IMG/VR virus record: IMGVR_UViG_3300032282_002017
Span: 2,531-66,530 of that record
Direction: 5' to 3' (one strand)
DNA length: 64,000 bases
DNA from: a virus
Under the pieces are notes generated by a model. That model made no database searches and was not told the origin of the DNA. It worked only from the letters and a program-made list of their open reading frames with translations. Shown in pieces: positions 1 to 9,500 of this stretch. The first letter of the stretch is position 1, and every line of letters starts with the position of its first letter. A program made the position numbers and the translations under genes.

Positions 1-678
1 GAAAAGGAGTGGGTTGATCGAATCAAAAAACACACTGGATTGCCAATAAAAATCATCCGGTGTAAGGACAAAGAGGGATTCAAAACAAAGCTCAACCTAG
101 ATAAACTTTGCGGCAAACAGAGGGTAATGTTTGCCGATGTTGATCTGTGGTTCTGTCAAGGTGTTGACTTTCCCAAGTGGGACGCATCTTGCTGGTTTGC
201 GGTACAAGACGCGGGAGTTTACAATCCACACATCTTTCCACGCCAAGATTGCGACTTGTACCGCATGGATATAAACCGTTACTTCAACAGCGGCCTGATG
301 ATAATGAATTTGGCAATACCGTCACATCGCCAAGTTTTCCAAAAAGCCAGAATGCTCAACAAGCACATGGAGTCAGGAGTTCTGCCAAATCAGTTCTACG
401 ATTCAACCGATCAAAGCCTACTGAATCTAGCCGCTCAAAAGGTTGGTGTAAATCTATCTATACTCCCTCAGAAATTTAACTACTACCATAAAAATTGGGA
501 GTGGGGTCAGTTGGAAATAATTCCTCGCGGAATCATAGGGCTTCATGCCGCTGGATTCCCGTTGCCCGAAAAACTCGCGGCGTTGCAAATGCAAGAGAAG
601 GTTCTTTGCAACGTCCAAAGACCAATGTGGCCGGATGCAATTCATTCTCGATACGCCAAGATTTACGACATGGTATGA
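1..678 (+). CDS. Glycosyltransferase family 8-like (5' end outside window)
   Basis: Frame is open from base 1. GT8 hallmarks: DxD (FADVD), YFNSGLMIMNL, DQSLLN, FNY, LHAAG. Confidence 0.8.
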   Translation, partial: EKEWVDRIKKHTGLPIKIIRCKDKEGFKTKLNLDKLCGKQRVMFADVDLWFCQGVDFPKWDASCWFAVQDAGVYNPHIFPRQDCDLYRMDINRYFNSGLMIMNLAIPSHRQVFQKARMLNKHMESGVLPNQFYDSTDQSLLNLAAQKVGVNLSILPQKFNYYHKNWEWGQLEIIPRGIIGLHAAGFPLPEKLAALQMQEKVLCNVQRPMWPDAIHSRYAKIYDMV

Positions 679-1415
679 AACAGGTGTTTTTCATTACGTC
701 GTTTAATGATCCTGCGTCGGCAAGTGTTTCAATGCCGCAGTTTGCTCCGCTTGGTGAGATGTGCGATTTAATCCTTTCGGATCAATCTACGGATGTTGCG
801 TGCATTGATGAATACCAGCGCTTGTGTTCTCAACACGGGTTCCGTTATATCCACAATGAGAACAAAGGAGCGTCTGAAGCCAAGCGGAATATCGTGGAAA
901 TAGCTTCACGGGAAGAGTACACGCTCATTCATCAAATCAGCGAGGATTTTGAGCTTGTGCCAGATGGCGAACAGCATCCAGCGGCCCCTTTGGGCAACAA
1001 GGATTTTTTATTCGTTAAGGAAGCGGCGAAGCTAGTGATTCAACACCCTCATATTTCCTTTGTGAACTGGACTTGGTTTCGCTCATCGGGCCACGATCAT
1101 CATGGATATAATTGGGGTGATACTCGCAGCCCTACTGATTTTTCGCTACGCAGGCTACAAGGATTCTCTCTGTTTCACGTCCCACACGACGTAAGCATGA
1201 TGAATTGGCCTTATACTGGTAGAGTCGAGCACGTTGCCCAACTTCAAAACTTTGCCCGCTGGCTAACACCGGGAACGCCGCATCAATTAAAGCAGCACGA
1301 ATTATCAGGCGGTGAATGGTCGCTTGCTTTTGTGAGCAAAGGTAAGGGTGTGTCTTTATACGCCCATCCAGTTCGCCACAGAAACAGGGTTAAGCCAGAA
1401 GGATCATTGCCATGA
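675..1415 (+). CDS. Putative GT-A fold glycosyltransferase
   Basis: ATG at 675 overlaps the upstream stop (ATGA). FFITSFN...LSDQSTD...NKGASEAKRN...QISEDF resembles a GT2 pattern. Confidence 0.55.
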   Translation: MKQVFFITSFNDPASASVSMPQFAPLGEMCDLILSDQSTDVACIDEYQRLCSQHGFRYIHNENKGASEAKRNIVEIASREEYTLIHQISEDFELVPDGEQHPAAPLGNKDFLFVKEAAKLVIQHPHISFVNWTWFRSSGHDHHGYNWGDTRSPTDFSLRRLQGFSLFHVPHDVSMMNWPYTGRVEHVAQLQNFARWLTPGTPHQLKQHELSGGEWSLAFVSKGKGVSLYAHPVRHRNRVKPEGSLP

Positions 1416-1927
1416 GCGAGTCACAAGAGCGTTATTTAGCCCATCAGGAGCGCAAGAAAAAGGCACTCATGGAAATCATGCTGGAAAGGCACTCTCAACG
1501 TGCTTTTTCCGAAGAATCGCCTTCCGTTGAAACCATTATGGAGTTGCTCTCCGCTATGAGAACTTGCCCGTCTTCATGTGACCGAAAAGGAGTTAGGGTT
1601 TATGCGCTTGAGGGTAGAGATAAAAAAGCCCTGCTTGGCGGTTTACTCGTTGGTGGCGTTGGCTGGATTCACAGAGCGCCAGTTGTTTTACTCATGTTTG
1701 CCAATGCAGAATGCTACAAGGCGGAAGGCGAGATTGCCTACATGCCGTACCTTGATGCTGGGGCGATGATGTATGCAGCCTACTTGCACGCAACAGCAAA
1801 TGGAATGGCCTGCTGCTTCTGCAATCCCAACATCCGAGAAATGAACAAGGGGCATTTTGCGGACATTTTTGGTGAAGGTGTGTTTTGTGGAGCGATAGCC
1901 ATTGGATTTCCAAGAAAATCCTCTTGA
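1412..1927 (+). CDS. Nitroreductase family protein
   Basis: RHSQRAF, TCPSSCDR (APS-like loop) and DAGAMMYAAYLHATANGMACC match nitroreductase signature regions. Confidence 0.8.
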   Translation: MSESQERYLAHQERKKKALMEIMLERHSQRAFSEESPSVETIMELLSAMRTCPSSCDRKGVRVYALEGRDKKALLGGLLVGGVGWIHRAPVVLLMFANAECYKAEGEIAYMPYLDAGAMMYAAYLHATANGMACCFCNPNIREMNKGHFADIFGEGVFCGAIAIGFPRKSS

Positions 1928-1980
1928 CGCCAAAAATTCCCTATTGCCATAGCGGGGATTAAGGCATAATCTCAGGGATT

Positions 1981-3861
1981 ATGGCTACTGCTTCTTCTCG
2001 CAATTTTAGCGCATCACCACGAACTTTCGCCGCTGGTGGCGGAAATGGTTTTTCCGACGCTTTCGAGCGCGGCAACCAAGGCTACATGCACGCTGGCGAT
2101 TGGCGCAATACAGACCGAAATCCAAGCGATGATGGCTACCGAATTAACGCCCGCGCAGGCGCGTCTATGCCGGGAACGGGGCCGGGAACTGGTAATACCA
2201 GTATTCCAATGGGGCGCGGCTTTGGCGGTTTGAACTATTTTAACGCCTTGCAAAATCGCAATTTGCCAGCTTTTCGCCAACCAAATCAAGGAACGCCGTG
2301 GGGCATGGGCAATTCAGCACAAGAAGCTGGAGCAAACATGACTCAGGGCGGTAACTTGCTTCGCGCTGATGGGACTTACGTTCCCGACACGATGTATAAC
2401 CGCACACTTGGTTCCATGAATCCTTATGGCGGCAATCAGGCTCCACAGCAAGCCCCACAAGGCCCGAATGAGGATCAACAGCGTTGGGCGGAGAAGTTCG
2501 CTGGTAGTCAGGCTCCTTCTTCTTCGGGCGCAACACCGTTTGCAGACGCCTTGAAAAACGTGCGCTCACATCCATTGATAGCTGGCAAGGGCGGTCAGTC
2601 CGGTAATCAGCCTCTTAATTTCTCTCGTTCCGCGCTTATTCAAGGCGCTCAAAAATCAGGCGAGTTCGGTAAGATCATGGAGGATTATAACGCTAAGGCC
2701 AAGGCGGCTGGTACGGGTATGCAAATGGACGACAGGGGCAACATCAACCCACTTTCAAAACTAGATGACGGTTCCGGCACATCCCCATTTGCCCGTGCAA
2801 CCCTTGGCGCTGGCGCTGAAGATATTCGCGCTCGTCGTGATTTCAATCGTGGCGAGTCTTTGGATAAGTCGGTTTCCAATGGCGTTGGAACATTGACCAA
2901 GATAAACCCCTATGGTTCAGCCGGTGCAACTTATGGTGGCAAGCCTACGGGGCCGGGAATGATGCCTGACCCCCTAACAGGTAAGATGGTTCCAATGCGC
3001 CAATGGGCGGCAGATCAAAGCTCAGTTCAGGCGACGAAATACGCGCCATTCCCGGCCCAGTCATCCTCTCAAGTTGCGGGAAAAACAGTTATAACACCGA
3101 CGCGCTCTGCTGTTGCTCTGACCCCATCTTTAGGTGCCGTGTCGAATCCGTATGGCAGACCTCTTAACCCTAATTTCGTTCCTTCGGCTAGCGCTGGAAA
3201 CCTTGGCTCAGGTGTTGGTAATGGAAACGCCGGTTTAATGAGTGCTACCGGTAATGTGATGAACACTTGGGAAGGAATGCGCCAAGACGCAATGAAAGAT
3301 AAGCGAGGCCCGCTTGAAAGGATTGGCGCTCCCGTTAATTATCCAATGCCATCTGCCACTATGTCACCCGACGCTCAAAGTCGTTACCATCAGGTTATGA
3401 GTTCATTGCCAAACGCAACCCCATCTGTTGTTGGTGGCGAGAAACCATTAAATGCAGAAAGTGGACAAAGACTTAAAGATGCGGTGAGTGGGAAGGCTCC
3501 AATTCAGTTGAGCAAACCAGCAAGCCCAGCCGCTACGGCAAGCTCAAGCAATTTACAGAAAGCCAATCCATACAACGAGCCAAGAACTCAAAATAACACC
3601 AAGTTAGCGCCCTTCTTTACTAAAAAGCACCAAGGGGAAATTGATGAAGCTGATTCAAATCTTAAATACCATCAAGAAATAGTTGATAGGTTGCAAAGCC
3701 CAAGCGGGCAGGTTGGTGGATTAAAATTTGGAGATGTCGGTTATACTAGAGCGGCTGACAATAACATCAAACATAGTCTAAAAAGAATCGAAGAATATAA
3801 AAAAGCCAAAGCTGCCGCCGAGCAAAAACTAAAAGCCGTTTTGGCAAGAAAGGCTCAATAA
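1981..3861 (+). CDS. Low-complexity putative internal virion/ejection protein
   Basis: 626 aa, G/A/S/N/Q/P-rich, in the structural block upstream of the giant protein. Confidence 0.45.
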   Translation: MATASSRNFSASPRTFAAGGGNGFSDAFERGNQGYMHAGDWRNTDRNPSDDGYRINARAGASMPGTGPGTGNTSIPMGRGFGGLNYFNALQNRNLPAFRQPNQGTPWGMGNSAQEAGANMTQGGNLLRADGTYVPDTMYNRTLGSMNPYGGNQAPQQAPQGPNEDQQRWAEKFAGSQAPSSSGATPFADALKNVRSHPLIAGKGGQSGNQPLNFSRSALIQGAQKSGEFGKIMEDYNAKAKAAGTGMQMDDRGNINPLSKLDDGSGTSPFARATLGAGAEDIRARRDFNRGESLDKSVSNGVGTLTKINPYGSAGATYGGKPTGPGMMPDPLTGKMVPMRQWAADQSSVQATKYAPFPAQSSSQVAGKTVITPTRSAVALTPSLGAVSNPYGRPLNPNFVPSASAGNLGSGVGNGNAGLMSATGNVMNTWEGMRQDAMKDKRGPLERIGAPVNYPMPSATMSPDAQSRYHQVMSSLPNATPSVVGGEKPLNAESGQRLKDAVSGKAPIQLSKPASPAATASSSNLQKANPYNEPRTQNNTKLAPFFTKKHQGEIDEADSNLKYHQEIVDRLQSPSGQVGGLKFGDVGYTRAADNNIKHSLKRIEEYKKAKAAAEQKLKAVLARKAQ

Positions 3862-3866
3862 GCATA

Positions 3867-4838
3867 ATGAACTCGCGCCTTACCGTAGCAGATTGCAGAA
3901 CGCAGTTATGGACACTAGCAGACGCTAGCGACATAAACAGCGCCAAATTCCTACGCATGCTCAATGAGGTGTGCGAGAAATACATCCTTTCCGGCAAGTG
4001 GAAAGGCGCGGTGGTCAACGTCGATTTCGACAGCGCTGAAGGCTATATCTCTCTCCCATACGAGTATTACAGCGTTCTCTGTATGACTTACAACAAGTGT
4101 CCCGCGATGACGTTTTCGCAGTTCCACACTTATCAAGAGAACGGCCCCGGTGAACTGGACGAGACGAAAGCATGGCCGGGAATCCTCATTGACCTTGGCG
4201 ACGGCTTTGCAACGCAGTCGGATATTACGACGGCGGGAACGCTCAAAGTGATGACCAATGTAGTTGATGACGCTAAGAAGATTCGCATCTTCGGCCTAGA
4301 TGCCAGCAATAACGTCATTTACGGCAGTGATGGTGTAGAAGGCGAGTTAGTTACTTGCACCGCTCCATTCGTTAATACCACGCACACCTTCTCCAAAGTG
4401 ACAGGCATTCAGGCTACTCCAGACCCCGCTATCACGATGCAAAGCGGCTGGACTCTATGGGTAAATGGCGCTCCCGCTGTTCAAATCGGCAGCTACTATC
4501 CCGGCGAGAATCGCCCCATGTATCGGCGCTATCAGACGGGCAAAGCAGAGAAAGCTATCCGCGTTTGCTGCCATCGTCGTTTCATGCTGATGCGCAACGA
4601 AAGCGATTGGGTAATTCCCGGCAACCTTTCCGCATTACGTTCAGGCTTTTGGGCGCTCAACTTCATTGACGGTTCCGATCAAGCATCAGCTAACGCAGCG
4701 TTTGAAGATGGCCTCAAGTGGCTTAACAACGAAGCTAAAGCCTCCCGTGGTGGTTCTGCAATTACCACGAACTTTATGAATTGGGGAATGACTTATGGCT
4801 ACGGTAACGGTAGCTGGGGAACGCTCACTTCGCTCTAA
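3867..4838 (+). CDS. Putative head-tail adaptor / tail tubular protein
   Basis: N-terminal helical pair followed by 'GYISLPYEYYSVL', an adaptor-like pattern; structural context. Confidence 0.45.
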   Translation: MNSRLTVADCRTQLWTLADASDINSAKFLRMLNEVCEKYILSGKWKGAVVNVDFDSAEGYISLPYEYYSVLCMTYNKCPAMTFSQFHTYQENGPGELDETKAWPGILIDLGDGFATQSDITTAGTLKVMTNVVDDAKKIRIFGLDASNNVIYGSDGVEGELVTCTAPFVNTTHTFSKVTGIQATPDPAITMQSGWTLWVNGAPAVQIGSYYPGENRPMYRRYQTGKAEKAIRVCCHRRFMLMRNESDWVIPGNLSALRSGFWALNFIDGSDQASANAAFEDGLKWLNNEAKASRGGSAITTNFMNWGMTYGYGNGSWGTLTSL

Positions 4839-4841
4839 AAT

Positions 4842-6506
4842 ATGCCCGCTCCACGATTTACACCTGCCCAGCGTCAATTCGGAATTGGCTTAACGCCAAC
4901 CTACGATATTTTCCGTCCACCTGAAGGCATGGAGTTAGACCCTGCGTATTCGCCAGCTACACGGCAACAGCAAGGCTTGGCAATGACAGCAGATTTGCAA
5001 CGGCAAGCGTTTAAGGACGCGGCTGATGAGCAGGCATTTGCACGTCAACAGCGCATGGATGACCAGCAAATGCAGCAAGTGGAGCAACAAGCCACGGAAG
5101 CGTTGCGTGGTGCTCCGCCTGAAGAGTTTGGCAATATCCTATCCAAGTTCCCAGAACTAGCTCGTTCAAAGAATCTAGGCGGCTTCACGAACTTTGCACA
5201 AGCGGTTACGCCTAGTGCGGGGCAGAAGACATTGGCACCGAGTTTGCGTAATCGCCTCAAGCCACATGAGCGCCAGTATTTTGACGAGCATTTCACCAAA
5301 GGTGGGGATGCGGTAAGTGCATTTGATTCCGCACAACTTCGCGGAGAACATGAGAACGGCCTTGTGGATATGATGAAAAGCGGCGTTCCGCTGGACGTGA
5401 TTGATAAGTATCGCGATAGGCCGCTTAGCCCGATTGAGCGGGAGGCGATTGTTCAACAGCACGCTACGACCAAAGGCGGCAAAAGCACAAGTCCTTTACA
5501 GGATGCCTACGAGCTTGATTTGAAGGCGCTTTACGATGATGACGAGTTCCTTTCTCTACCTCCCGCTGACAAAGCTAAACGGGTGCGTGATATGCGCCTA
5601 GCCTACGAGCTAGATAAGGCCGCAGTAGCGCAGCAAGTGGCACAAGCGCAAGGAGCGCCCGTTGCTGGACAGGTTCAGCAGAATGCGGTGGCGGGTGCTC
5701 CTAAATCTCAACTCAAAGAGGTTCTTGGCGGCAAGCCTGAAGCAACTCAAAAGGCATTTGCGCTTCCAAACGAGATTGAAATGAAGGCAATGATTAACAG
5801 TCCTGAAGCGGTGGAAGGTGATTACAGCGGCCTAATTGAAAACGCCAATGTTCCGATTCATTTGAAAAAGCAAGCGCTTGAAAAGTTCCGCGCATTTGCG
5901 GCCAATCCGCCAACTCTACCGGGATCAACCTTGGGCGATGTGCTGGCCCGAAAGGATAAAATCGCAGAACAGCTAAAGCGTGCCGAAAAAGCAGTTAGAC
6001 TTGCGCCAGAGCAGGATAAATACATTCAGGCGTGGAGTGACGCCAAACAGGACACGGCCAAGGACATTTCTCGCTTCGCTAAGTCAATTGGCGCTGATGA
6101 GGATTCAATCGTCAACTCGCTGGCAAAAGACGAAATTATTGAAATTCCCGGTAGATTTAATCCTGAGACAGAAGATTTCAAATGGAGCGTGCGAGATTTG
6201 TTCTACGACGATCAGGCCAAACGTCTTGGCGTGGATGCTCGTAGGATTCCGTCATTGCCAAACGAAAGGCTTGAGCCGTTTCAAAAGTCGGAGTTCGCCA
6301 AAGAGCTTGGGGTTGAGAGCTTCACGTTGCCGGGGCTTCGCAGGATTGAACTTGGTTCCGGCAAGAAAACGTATGACGATGTGCTAAACGCCTACGTGCA
6401 AGAAAAGGTAAAGCCGGTTGCGAGAGCAAATCAGAGTGCTAATGTTGCTCCTAACGCTGTTAAAACCAGCACAGGAAACACAGCAACACTCAAATCTGCC
6501 AACTAG
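4842..6506 (+). CDS. Putative internal virion protein
   Basis: 554 aa, Q/A-rich helical, directly upstream of the giant protein. Confidence 0.45.
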   Translation: MPAPRFTPAQRQFGIGLTPTYDIFRPPEGMELDPAYSPATRQQQGLAMTADLQRQAFKDAADEQAFARQQRMDDQQMQQVEQQATEALRGAPPEEFGNILSKFPELARSKNLGGFTNFAQAVTPSAGQKTLAPSLRNRLKPHERQYFDEHFTKGGDAVSAFDSAQLRGEHENGLVDMMKSGVPLDVIDKYRDRPLSPIEREAIVQQHATTKGGKSTSPLQDAYELDLKALYDDDEFLSLPPADKAKRVRDMRLAYELDKAAVAQQVAQAQGAPVAGQVQQNAVAGAPKSQLKEVLGGKPEATQKAFALPNEIEMKAMINSPEAVEGDYSGLIENANVPIHLKKQALEKFRAFAANPPTLPGSTLGDVLARKDKIAEQLKRAEKAVRLAPEQDKYIQAWSDAKQDTAKDISRFAKSIGADEDSIVNSLAKDEIIEIPGRFNPETEDFKWSVRDLFYDDQAKRLGVDARRIPSLPNERLEPFQKSEFAKELGVESFTLPGLRRIELGSGKKTYDDVLNAYVQEKVKPVARANQSANVAPNAVKTSTGNTATLKSAN

Positions 6507-6508
6507 CC

Positions 6509-9500
6509 ATGCCAACGTATGAACTTCGTAGCCAAAAGACAGGCAGGACTTACGAGGTAGATTTTGCTAATCCACCTTCGGACACGGATATTGACGAGTC
6601 CATCAATCAATTTGATGCCGCCAATCCGGTTGCAGACGAGCCGCTAATTGATATTTCGGACACGTTGAAAGCAGCGGGTCAGGCTGTTTCAGGCATCACG
6701 ACTACCGCCCCCCACGCCTTCCGCCAGCTTTATTCTGGTTTGGATAACCCTTGGCAGCGCAGCGAGGGCTACAACGCCTCTCAGGCCGAGATGGATCGTC
6801 TAAACGCAGAAACAGAAGCCGCAAATCAAGCCGCCGTTGAATCCGGTGATATTTCCACCATGTCTCGCGGGATGCGCCAAGCGGGTCAATCAATTGGCTT
6901 TAGTGCTGGCGCAATGGGCGCTGGATTACTTGGTAGCTCAACGGCTGGAACGGCTGGACGATACGTTGGTGGTTTATTTGGCCCTGAAGGCGTTCCAATT
7001 GGTGAGGCGGTTGGACGTGGCGTTGGTGCTGTTGGCGCTGGCTACGGCGCTGCTTACCGAATGGCTGGCGCTCAATTCTTGGACGATGCCCGCAAAGAGA
7101 TTGATGACAAGTTCATGGTTAAACTTGGACGCTTGCCGAATGCGCAAGAACAAGAAGAGGCTTACAATGAGCTTAAACCGCTGGCAGAAGCCTTTGGTCA
7201 TGCGGAAGCTGGCCCTGAAGCTATTGGCAACCTTGCGATGGCAAAAGCTGGCAAATTCATCTTTGGACTTGGTGGCAAGAAGGCCGTTACAAGCCTTGCC
7301 GCAAACGCACTCAAGAAAGTTGGCGTAGGTGCTGGTGGATTAGCAACGGAGCTTGGTGGCGAAACAGCTACTCAGGTTGAGCAAAATCGCATTGAAGAAC
7401 AAAAGAACGCACTCCTAAGTGGTCAGGCCCCGCCAGAGCAAGGTGCTCGCACGGTTGATGAATACTCCAAAGCTCTTGGTGAAGTAGCTCCCGCGACACT
7501 TGCAACAATGGGCCTTATGGGTTCCGTTCCAGCCGCTTACAAGGCTGGCACAATAATTAAGGGTGCTTTTACGCCCAAGCCTCAAGAAGCCCCCCAAGTC
7601 CAAGAAGCCGTCATTGCAGCCGACGATGCCTTGGCGCAAGCCGCCGCAGACCCGCTTGTTCCTGTTAGCGAGACATCAAAAGCATACGCTGAATTTCTCG
7701 CCACAATGGAACGCGGTGAACAATCTCCCGCAGAAACACCTTCAGACGTAGAATCTCGCCTTGCTGCCATCCAAAGCGCCCCATCTGCATTCTACCAGCA
7801 ACTTCAACGCGGCATCACTCCGCAAGCAGCAATTGCAGGCCAAGAAACGCCTTTAGATGTCGAGCAACGTCTATCAGCAATCCAAAATGAACCCATCGCC
7901 ACAGCCCCCGTTGGAACTCCTCTTTCAGAAGTTGGAACAGAAGAAGCAGCAGCAACCATTGGAGATTCCAGCCTCGACCTTGGAAATGACGGTGGAGCAG
8001 TACTTGAAGAAGCACAACCTGAAGCGCCTCGACAGGCACCATCGAAAACTTTGGCTAGCCCTACAACGGTAGATGAAACGCCAAGATTAAAAGCTGCCAT
8101 AGCGCAAAAACCAGATGGTAAAACAAGTGGTTCTCGCGTGACGGATGTAGATGCCAATAACGACTTTGCCAAGAATGGAGGCTGGAAACTTCATCTCTCC
8201 GTTAAGCCGGAGAATTACAAAGCGGTTGACGAATGGTTGCATAAAAACCACAAAGGACAATACAAGCTACTCAGCGGCGGCTCGCCGGAAGAAGGTTCTG
8301 ATTTCACCATCTATGTTGGGCATAAAGATGCAGCCAATAGCCTTGCATCCAAGATGGAATCTGAAATTGGAGAGTTTCTAAACCCATTTGAGAGTGGGCC
8401 AGCAAAGGATGCCAAGTTTAATGCCAAAGTTGGAGGCAGATTTGATGTTTCTCGCACTGGAAAATCCAAGGATATTCCGTGGAATTTTGCAGGAATGAGC
8501 GGCGTTCCATTTGATGAGACGGCAATGGAGGCCATTAATTACATTGGTGATGCTCCAAAAACGCGAGAACAGTTTGCCTCCAAAGCCGCTCCAGAGATTG
8601 AGAGAATCAATAAGCAATTGGCAGCTAAATACGGAGACAGATACACTGGAACGGTAACCCCAACCACCGAAGAATCCTTGTCGGTTGAGACACCAAAGAC
8701 AAAGATAGAGGACTTCTCAAATCCAGACGAGTTTTATCGCGTGGTTGTTGGCGACGAAGCCTTCAACGACATTGTTGAGAGCGGTCAGGTTCGCACCAAT
8801 GCGGCAAATAAAAACAAGACAGGAAGTAGCCTTGCGGACAAGTTGGCCGCTCGACCAACCGCGTTCCCATCCTTTAGTAAAGGTCAGGCGGCAGTTAGTT
8901 ACGCCCAAGATAATCCAAATCATTACATCGTTGTAACTGCTGATGAATCCATTAAACCATCAACCAGTGGACGCCACAGCAAGGGGAAAACGATGTTCCC
9001 AACGGATGCAAGCGGCAAGCATTTACCATCACTGGACGCTAAAAAAGTTCGTGTGTATAAGCATCTCGCTAATGGCAATTACGAACTGGTTTATGACCGT
9101 GGCAATGTGGTAAGCAAAAAGCAGGCTGCAAAGCCATTAGCCAATCCAATTGTTCGCGCTCATGCGGGCGATATTGAAGAGCGGACAGAAACTGAAAACG
9201 CCCCTCGTATCACCGAACTTGTCCGCAAAGCTGCCGCGATAAATAGTGGCAAGGAGAAGGGGGCTGATTTGGGGTTTGCGCCAACGAAAAGTGAACCAAC
9301 AAATCAAGCTGATTCCATAGATTCATTCGTCAAAGGAATGACGCCAATGGTGGCTAAACGTGCTCGCAACGCACTGGATGAAAGTGTGTCCAGTGGAGGA
9401 ATGCCATTCCAGCGCAAAGAACTCGTTCAAAACAAAGTGGCAGCAGGCGCAAAAGTTGAGCAAAAGGTTACAACGGATACCGCGCGGATTAAAAAACTAG

